Shown here: positions 17,589 through 23,016 of the stretch, piece after piece
Position numbering within the stretch: position 1 is the stretch's first letter
Layout: each line of letters begins with the position of its first letter
Assembly (NCBI RefSeq): GCF_040409795.1
Contig: NZ_CP099571.1
Coordinates: 1,713,439 to 1,745,438 of the forward strand
DNA: 32,000 nucleotides
Reading direction: 5' to 3'
Origin: Polynucleobacter sp. MWH-UH19D
GTDB lineage: Bacteria > Pseudomonadota > Gammaproteobacteria > Burkholderiales > Burkholderiaceae
Made by a program: the position numbers and the translations under genes
Notes under the pieces: model-generated
What the model was told of the DNA's origin: nothing
The model's input: only the letters and a program-made list of their open reading frames with translations
The model's database searches: none

Positions 17589-17629
17589 TTTGTAGGCAAA
17601 TTACCCATTTTGGGCAGTTTGCCTACAAA
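17589..17629. promoter_or_regulatory. 12-bp perfect inverted repeat (TTTGTAGGCAAA-N17-TTTGCCTACAAA), candidate operator
   Basis: Read directly; lies in the divergent promoter region between the Sel1 gene and the HTH regulator gene. Confidence 0.5.
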
Positions 17630-17657
17630 CCTGTTTTTTTATGAGTATTCTCAAGTC

Positions 17658-18092
17658 ATGGATAAAGAAGTTTCTTTAAAACTCAGCGGTCTTTTATTTG
17701 CAATAAATGATCACTACATCAACCATTTGATTCGGATTTATCGCTTATTTGAAGGAGATATTGAATGTTGCATTGTGCTTGGCGAAATTGCCCATCACAA
17801 TGTACAAAACGTTTATTCCGAGCTAACCGAAGAAAGATTAATGCTTAGTGAGGTAGCTACTAAGTACCGGGGAAGTAATGCTCACTCAATTAGCCTATCA
17901 ACCGGGATCCCCAGAGAAACAGTTAGACGAAAAATTAGAAAACTCGAAGAAATGGGATTTATACAGCAAGATGAGAAAAAACAACTTCGTATTACTAACC
18001 TGCCGCCTATCAAGCTAGAAGAGTTCTCCATGGAGTCTTTAGGTTTATTTATGGGTCTAGTTGACCGACTAAAAAAGCAAGATTATTTATAG
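17658..18092 (+). CDS. Winged-helix/HTH transcriptional regulator
   Basis: HTH-like segment ISLSTGIPRETVRRKIRKLEEMGFI. The first in-frame ATG is at 17658; the track start 17610 is TTG inside the inverted repeat. Confidence 0.65.
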   Translation: MDKEVSLKLSGLLFAINDHYINHLIRIYRLFEGDIECCIVLGEIAHHNVQNVYSELTEERLMLSEVATKYRGSNAHSISLSTGIPRETVRRKIRKLEEMGFIQQDEKKQLRITNLPPIKLEEFSMESLGLFMGLVDRLKKQDYL

Positions 18093-18101
18093 GATGACGC
18101 T

Positions 18102-18275
18102 TTGAATTCTTATGAAATACTTTCAATTGAAAATGCTGGCGGTAAATACTGGGTAGTTACTTATAAGTTAAGTAATGGCCAAACCGAGATTGAAACTATT
18201 GACGCCTTAGACCATCATGAGGCATTTGTGAAGTTTCGCAATCTGATGATTGAACAACAAAAAGCTCGAAAGTAA
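18102..18275 (+). CDS. Possible 57-aa protein (TTG start)
   Basis: Hand-translated: (M)NSYEILSIENAGGKYWVVTYKLSNGQTEIETIDALDHHEAFVKFRNLMIEQQKARK. AGGA lies 7 nt upstream of the TTG. Confidence 0.3.
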   Translation: MNSYEILSIENAGGKYWVVTYKLSNGQTEIETIDALDHHEAFVKFRNLMIEQQKARK

Positions 18276-18287
18276 TTACTAGTTTTT

Positions 18288-18386
18288 TGTCGTTTAAAAC
18301 GACACTCTGTTACACACCCGCCCAAATCGGTCTTAGACCCTTGTATTAGCTGGTGAATTGATTAGTGCGATCTATTACCACTCCGA
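18288..18386 (+). repeat. Composite ~100-bp element B (17-mer P8 at 18288-18304, centre A)
   Basis: Same architecture as element A; the first 32 nt and the ATTAGTGCGATCTATTACCA block are nearly identical to A. Confidence 0.85.
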
Positions 18387-18398
18387 TAATGACTTGCT

Positions 18399-19220
18399 TT
18401 ATTTAAGTCTTAATATTCGTATAGCCCCACTCAATACTAAAAATCCAATGGCTAAGCCAATAATCCAGTCGGGAACTGGACTGTTAAACCAAGCAACCAA
18501 TACACCAGCAATGATGACACCCAAATTCGCCAAAACATCATTAGCAGAGAAGATATAGCTTGCCCGCATATGAACGCCATCGTTCTTACGCTTAGATATC
18601 AAGAACAAGCAGGTCACATTGACAGCTAACGCCAACACAGAAATCCAAATCATCGTATTGGCTTCGGGTTCGGCACCAATATAGATCTGATAGCCTGATC
18701 GCCAAAGAGCGCCTACGGCTAAAAATAACTCAACAACGCCTGCTAATTTCGCGGCCTTTAATTTATTAGAGGCAGCTTTTCCAACAGCATATAAAGCAAC
18801 TCCATAGACTGCCGCATCAGCAAACATATCCAAGGCATCAGCAATAAGTCCCGCCGACTCTGCCAACCAACCAGCAATGATCTCTACAAAGAACATGGCT
18901 CCGTTAAGCACCAAAAGCCAAATCAAGACTTGAAGCTCTCTTGCTGTTTCTTCTGTATCTTTAGGCCGAATGGGCACAGAATCAACAGATTTATTGCTCT
19001 GAATGCTTGCCCCAAAATTTAACGGCTCTAATTTTGCTAATACATGATTAGGCTCTTCGGAGTGACAAATCACCACTTTGCGATTAGGAATATCAAAATT
19101 CATTGAATGAATTACCAATGAACCCAAGACCATCCTAATCATTTGCTCTTCAGAGGGGCAATCCATAGCCGGCACATGAAATGTTGTTTCAACTACAAGT
19201 TGGGATTGTTTTTCTTTCAT
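18399..19220 (-). CDS. Cation diffusion facilitator (CDF) transporter with an N-terminal HMA-like domain and no C-terminal cytoplasmic domain
   Basis: Six TM segments. TM2 has DALDMFAD and TM5 has SANDVLAN (a D-D/N-D metal site). The ORF ends right after TM6, and the N-terminal ~95 aa look ferredoxin-like. Confidence 0.75.
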   Translation of the reverse strand: MKEKQSQLVVETTFHVPAMDCPSEEQMIRMVLGSLVIHSMNFDIPNRKVVICHSEEPNHVLAKLEPLNFGASIQSNKSVDSVPIRPKDTEETARELQVLIWLLVLNGAMFFVEIIAGWLAESAGLIADALDMFADAAVYGVALYAVGKAASNKLKAAKLAGVVELFLAVGALWRSGYQIYIGAEPEANTMIWISVLALAVNVTCLFLISKRKNDGVHMRASYIFSANDVLANLGVIIAGVLVAWFNSPVPDWIIGLAIGFLVLSGAIRILRLK

Positions 19221-19264
19221 ATATTCGGAATGTATAGGATTTCATAATACTTTCATACAAGAAT

Positions 19265-19273
19265 TGCTATAAT
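19265..19273 (+). promoter_or_regulatory. Extended -10 promoter element (TGcTATAAT) for the riboswitch/exporter transcript
   Basis: TG-n-TATAAT lies ~7 nt upstream of the predicted start of the riboswitch P1 helix. Confidence 0.45.
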
Positions 19274-19279
19274 TGACAC

Positions 19280-19390
19280 GTCACTAGGGAGTAGCCTCTC
19301 TTCTCTACAGAAGATGGCTTACATCAACATACTTGAGCTTCTAGCTTATGGTGTAAGCGGTTTAGATACTTGGCAAGACTTTTGACTACA
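19280..19390 (+). promoter_or_regulatory. yybP-ykoY (manganese) riboswitch aptamer
   Basis: Conserved blocks AGGGAGTAGC (19286-19295), CAACATAC and TTGGCAAGAC (19370-19379). A closing GTCA...TGAC P1 helix is present, and the element sits upstream of a UPF0016 gene. Confidence 0.8.
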
Positions 19391-19432
19391 AACACTTACT
19401 TAGGCTGTGGGTGCGTTGTAGTCATTTGTTTA
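19384..19432 (+). terminator. Riboswitch expression-platform terminator candidate
   Basis: GACTACAA (19384-19391) pairs with TTGTAGTC (19416-19423) and is followed by ATTTGTTT. The 5' arm overlaps the 3' strand of aptamer P1. Confidence 0.45.
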
Positions 19433-19457
19433 TGTCACAGCCTAGAGGACTATCAAA

Positions 19458-20030
19458 ATGGATTCACTCTTAATCTCCACTGGCGTTGTGGCTCTTGCCG
19501 AGATGGGCGATAAAACCCAGTTACTGGCATTTATTCTTGCGGCTCGCTTTAAAAAGCCTGTTCCGATTATTTTGGGTATTCTTGCGGCAACCATCATCAA
19601 CCACGGCTTGGCTGGCGCATTAGGCGCCTGGATTACAGCAATGGTCAACCCTGAAGTATTGCGCTGGATATTAGGCGCCTCATTTATTGGTATGGCTATT
19701 TGGACTTTGATCCCAGACAAGATTGAAGAAGAGGAAACGCAGGTTGCTAAACACTTGGGCGTATTTGGAGCAACCTTTATCACTTTCTTTTTAGCAGAGA
19801 TGGGTGACAAGACTCAATTGGCTACTATCGCCTTGGCCGCTCACTATGTCGCTCCTTTAGCCGTTGTTGTAGGAACGACTTTAGGAATGCTCATTGCGGA
19901 TGTACCAGCAGTATTTGTAGGCAATAAGTTCGCCAAGAAGATTCCGATGAAGCTGGTTCACTCTATTGCGGCCGGCATCTTCGCAGTAATGGGCGTACTC
20001 ACATTACTTGAAGTTGATAAATTATTTTAA
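19458..20030 (+). CDS. UPF0016 / GDT1 (TMEM165) family cation (Mn2+/Ca2+) transporter
   Basis: Two E-x-G-D-K-T-Q motifs (AEMGDKTQL twice) in a 190-aa six-TM protein. Confidence 0.9.
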   Translation: MDSLLISTGVVALAEMGDKTQLLAFILAARFKKPVPIILGILAATIINHGLAGALGAWITAMVNPEVLRWILGASFIGMAIWTLIPDKIEEEETQVAKHLGVFGATFITFFLAEMGDKTQLATIALAAHYVAPLAVVVGTTLGMLIADVPAVFVGNKFAKKIPMKLVHSIAAGIFAVMGVLTLLEVDKLF

Positions 20031-20039
20031 GGAGGCGTT

Positions 20040-20390
20040 ATGACTTGGATTATCACCAAATACTTACTGACAGCCGGAATGGTTGTATTCATTAGTGAAG
20101 TTGCCAAGCGAAGCGATAAGTTAGGTGGATTCATTGCGGCATTGCCCTTGATGACATTACTTACTCTTACTTGGCTATTCATTGAGAATCAATCGGAAGA
20201 GAAAATAGCAAACCACGCTTATTACACTTTTTGGTATGTGATCCCGACACTACCGATGTTTTTACTATTTCCCTATTTGCTACCAAGACTAGGTTTTTGG
20301 CTCACTATGGGAGCAAGTGTTGTGGTGACAGTTATTTGTTTCGGGCTCTTTGCCTTATTGATGAAAAACTTTGGGGTTGAACTGTTGTGA
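20040..20390 (+). CDS. Small membrane protein (DUF3147-like)
   Basis: 116 aa with four hydrophobic segments, 9 nt after the UPF0016 gene. Confidence 0.6.
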   Translation: MTWIITKYLLTAGMVVFISEVAKRSDKLGGFIAALPLMTLLTLTWLFIENQSEEKIANHAYYTFWYVIPTLPMFLLFPYLLPRLGFWLTMGASVVVTVICFGLFALLMKNFGVELL

Positions 20391-20395
20391 TGATT

Positions 20396-20494
20396 TGTCG
20401 TTTTAAACGACAATTCAATACACACCCACTAGATCACACTCTAGCTTCTTGATTTGCTTGGTGAAATAATTAGTGCGATCTATTACTACTCCGA
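20396..20494 (+). repeat. Composite ~100-bp element C (17-mer P9 at 20396-20412, centre T)
   Basis: Shares the 17-mer, ATACACACCC and ATTAGTGCGATCTATTAC blocks with A and B. The middle differs but keeps a short hairpin (CTAGA-N6-TCTAG). Confidence 0.8.
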
Positions 20495-20516
20495 GAAAAG
20501 CCTTAAGTCGCAAAAT

Positions 20517-21410
20517 CTATTTAAATAAAACATGAGCGGCGCCAAAAATAAATTCCTCAAACTCTCTCTTATTCCACGAGATATCAGCTCCGCCATTTAT
20601 TAATCTATGCTGCATATTTGCACAGAACAATTTAGAAGAGTCGACTCTTTTAAGCCAATCAATACAATTTATTACTGCCTCAGTGTAGGTGCTTGTATTG
20701 AATAACTCGTCTGGGACGTTACTTAACATTCCCTCAATAAAGTATGAAGGCGCACTACCAATATTAATAATTTTCTGTTCAACTAACTTTTTTCTTAGGT
20801 TTTTAAAAATTCTAATCACATGCTTCAACATTCCAAGAGTTCTTTTGTTTTTTTCTACTAGATAATCCTTGTGAAGCTGAGGAAAGTTAACAATATGAGT
20901 GCCATCTTTTTTATAAAAACTAATTCCCTCAAGATAATCATCTGGTTTCATTGGATCAAAAGAAAAATATTTTCGGTGCTTGATTGCGACTAATACATCA
21001 GCTTTGCGACGATTTCCTTTGGGTGATATTTGTATGGCCTTCGAGCCAATTACAACCTCAGAATCGAATCTTGCTATCAATAAATTAACTACATCACCTC
21101 TAAAATCAGAATATTTATATGCCGCACTAATAGGAAATGCGGCTTGAAATTTATTCTTTTGATTATCAGAAATTAGGCTTAAATCATATGTAAATGCGGA
21201 ATCAAGTCGAATGATGATGTCTACATCACTCTCTCCAATGACATTTGTGTCATTTGCATAAGATCCCTGTAAAAAGATCTTTGTGGCTTTTGATTGATAG
21301 GCTGCATTTCTATCCTCAAGGACGCCTCTAATAGTCGAATATGTCTCCTTTGATGTTACCTGGGCGCCTATAGAAGACATAGACTCCAACTCTAACTCTG
21401 AAATTGGCAT
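20517..21410 (-). CDS. CD-NTase/SMODS-like nucleotidyltransferase (CBASS cyclase candidate)
   Basis: Pol-beta NTase signature QGSYANDTNVIGESDVDIII (GS...DxD) and a third acidic residue in KADVLVAI. SD GAGGGAG lies inside the end of the patatin gene. Confidence 0.7.
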   Translation of the reverse strand: MPISELELESMSSIGAQVTSKETYSTIRGVLEDRNAAYQSKATKIFLQGSYANDTNVIGESDVDIIIRLDSAFTYDLSLISDNQKNKFQAAFPISAAYKYSDFRGDVVNLLIARFDSEVVIGSKAIQISPKGNRRKADVLVAIKHRKYFSFDPMKPDDYLEGISFYKKDGTHIVNFPQLHKDYLVEKNKRTLGMLKHVIRIFKNLRKKLVEQKIINIGSAPSYFIEGMLSNVPDELFNTSTYTEAVINCIDWLKRVDSSKLFCANMQHRLINGGADISWNKREFEEFIFGAAHVLFK

Positions 21411-21420
21411 TTCGACTCCC

Positions 21421-22356
21421 TCATAAATTCAAGGCTCTTAGGGCCACTTCATATTTTCTAAAGGAGTCTCGACCAAATTGAAATAATAAGTTCAATTTCT
21501 TGATATCAGACTCCAACAGGTCAACAGCTAAAGCACCCTTAGTTGAAGACTCATTAATTCTTACAATCGGGACATTTTTGAATATCAAATTCGTCAACTG
21601 CTCCATAGAGCGGGTATTCATATTCAAGGTTTTTTTAAGTAGCCTCTCTAAGGTCCAAATAAATATCATTCTCTGATACCAAGGCTTTATCGGCTCTATA
21701 TAGTCACCAACTCCCACACTTACAACACGCAAATCGAATTCAGAGTAATTAAGGGGGCCTACTGCATCACTGATTGAAAAAAGAGTCGGGTTGTTTGCGA
21801 TGTATCCACCGTCTATTAGCTCCCATGTAAGGCCATCATCCGCCTGCACTACTTTTCTCTCAAACAATGGATACGCCGAACATGATGAAACTACAGCATC
21901 AGCCAAAGAACACCCAAATCCAGGCTTAAAACTGGCAGTCATACCGTGCGCCTGTTCTAGGTTTGACTTAAAAATCATCGGCTTCTCTTCCAGCCACTTT
22001 GACGCAACAATACCCAGCTTAACTTTTAAATCTGAAACGGTGTAATGCCCAAATAACTCATTCGCATATAACTCCAACTTTTGAGTTCTTCCATTTGAAG
22101 TTTTTTGGGACATTATTTCTGGAATAAGGCGCCTGTATTGATCAACGATCTCACTTACAGACTTACCAAGACCAAGCATGGTTGCAATAATTGCACCTGT
22201 ACTGGTTCCATAAATTAGATCAAAGTGCAAACCAAGGGGTTTATCCCCTAAAGCTGCCTCAAGCTCTGAAAGTACCCCGAGGGTATACATGCCCTTCGAC
22301 CCTCCACCATCGAGGCTAAGAATCTTGCATAGGGGCTTCTGAGGGGATGTATTCAC
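21421..22356 (-). CDS. capV: Patatin-like phospholipase (CapV-like CBASS effector)
   Basis: Oxyanion DGGGSKG, nucleophile GTSTG (GxSxG) and DGG(Y) Asp motif. GTG start; directly upstream of the NTase gene, as in capV-dncV. Confidence 0.8.
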   Translation of the reverse strand: MNTSPQKPLCKILSLDGGGSKGMYTLGVLSELEAALGDKPLGLHFDLIYGTSTGAIIATMLGLGKSVSEIVDQYRRLIPEIMSQKTSNGRTQKLELYANELFGHYTVSDLKVKLGIVASKWLEEKPMIFKSNLEQAHGMTASFKPGFGCSLADAVVSSCSAYPLFERKVVQADDGLTWELIDGGYIANNPTLFSISDAVGPLNYSEFDLRVVSVGVGDYIEPIKPWYQRMIFIWTLERLLKKTLNMNTRSMEQLTNLIFKNVPIVRINESSTKGALAVDLLESDIKKLNLLFQFGRDSFRKYEVALRALNL

Positions 22357-22382
22357 ACCCTCATCTTATATTTTTTAGAATC

Positions 22383-22399
22383 AGTCGTTTTAAACGACA
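22383..22399. repeat. 17-bp palindrome copy P10 (AGTCGTTTTAAACGACA, centre T)
   Basis: Lies 26 nt upstream of the patatin start codon; it is the last copy before the island/core junction. Confidence 0.9.
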
Positions 22400-22565
22400 C
22401 CTCATGCCGCTACCCTCCGCTCTGAGCCATATGGTTACAGGGTTTTTTCCAGCAAACCCTTATTCTTCGGTACTTTGCAGGCGGTGTGTAGCACGGCGAA
22501 AACCATGGTTTTCTAAGTGTTTGATTTTATTGGGAAAAGGGTCGGCAACCTAAGAACCTTGCGAG

Positions 22566-22604
22566 TTATGATTCCGTCGCTCTAACCAACTGAGCTAATT
22601 CGCC
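22566..22604 (-). pseudogene. 5' half of a tRNA gene with anticodon CAU (Met/Ile2 type), truncated in the anticodon loop
   Basis: The minus strand reads GGCGAAT-TA-GCTC-AGTTGGTTA-GAGC-G-ACGGA-ATCATAA. The expected TCCGT, T-arm and ATTCGCC acceptor strand are absent. Confidence 0.6.
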
Positions 22605-22672
22605 GAAGGTGTGATTGTAGCAAATCCGCCTCATTCTGTAACCGCAAAGCCCATAAACCGTAATATAGGCAC

Positions 22673-22993
22673 ATGAGAACGCACTTCCCTAAAATCCTGA
22701 TCTGGTTTGTTTTGCTCGCTTTTGCGCCACTAGGGGCATTTGCCGCTCAGATCTATATAACTAACTATCCGTCAGAAGCTAATGCAAAGGTATTTGTCAC
22801 TAAATATCCTTCTGAAGCGAATTGCATTGTGTATGAGACCCAATACTCCAGTGACACCGAACCTGGCGTGTGGTTTTACACAAAATACAAAAGCGATGCA
22901 CGCGCTGTAATTGCTTACACCCAATACAAATCCGAGGCTGACTTGATTGTCTATTACACCAAGTACAAGAGCGACGCCCGCTGTCGTTATTAA
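22673..22993 (+). CDS. Secreted repeat protein (six T-x-Y-x-S-[ED]-[AT] repeats)
   Basis: Signal peptide followed by TNYPSEANAKVFV / TKYPSEANCIVYE / TQYSSDTEPGVWFY / TKYKSDARAVIAY / TQYKSEADLIVYY / TKYKSDARCRY. Confidence 0.7.
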   Translation: MRTHFPKILIWFVLLAFAPLGAFAAQIYITNYPSEANAKVFVTKYPSEANCIVYETQYSSDTEPGVWFYTKYKSDARAVIAYTQYKSEADLIVYYTKYKSDARCRY

Positions 22994-23016
22994 TGTAATT
23001 CTTTGGAATCGAGCTA

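Larger units (their letters stand above)
1..22604. mobile_element. Mosaic accessory genomic island; left end outside the window, right end at a truncated tRNA gene
   Basis: Contains two tyrosine recombinase genes, defence-type operons and metal-resistance modules, mostly unrecognisable ORFs. Spot GC counts of single 60-nt lines are ~30-43% here versus ~45-50% at 25-30 kb. It ends at a tRNA 5' half, and a repeated 17-bp palindrome is confined to this part. Confidence 0.6.

Noticed and set aside
19442-19810. 122-aa minus-strand ORF overlapping the UPF0016 gene
   Set aside because: The plus-strand frame carries two textbook EMGDKTQ motifs and a riboswitch upstream; the antisense frame is a shadow.
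31-22399. CRISPR array formed by the repeated 17-mers
   Set aside because: Spacing is 0.2-8 kb with full genes in between, the repeat is a perfect palindrome of only 17 bp, and no cas genes are present.
31-22399. Classical integron (IntI plus attC sites)
   Set aside because: There are no RYYYAAC/GTTRRRY core sites. The ends of the ~100-bp elements are not mutually complementary. Neither recombinase looks like an IntI with its extra insertion, and the modules are multi-gene and in both orientations. Only the general logic is similar.
31-22399. The 17-mers as simple rho-independent terminators
   Set aside because: No copy is followed by a T-tract on the relevant strand. Several lie upstream of start codons or between same-strand genes, and genuine terminators in the window (14336-14362, 23632-23663) look quite different.
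22383-22604. Group I intron inside the tRNA(CAU) anticodon loop (as in some proteobacterial tRNA-Ile genes)
   Set aside because: No 3' exon (TCCGT, T-arm, ATTCGCC) can be found downstream on the minus strand within several hundred nt, and the intervening sequence lacks obvious P7/P3-type conserved cores.
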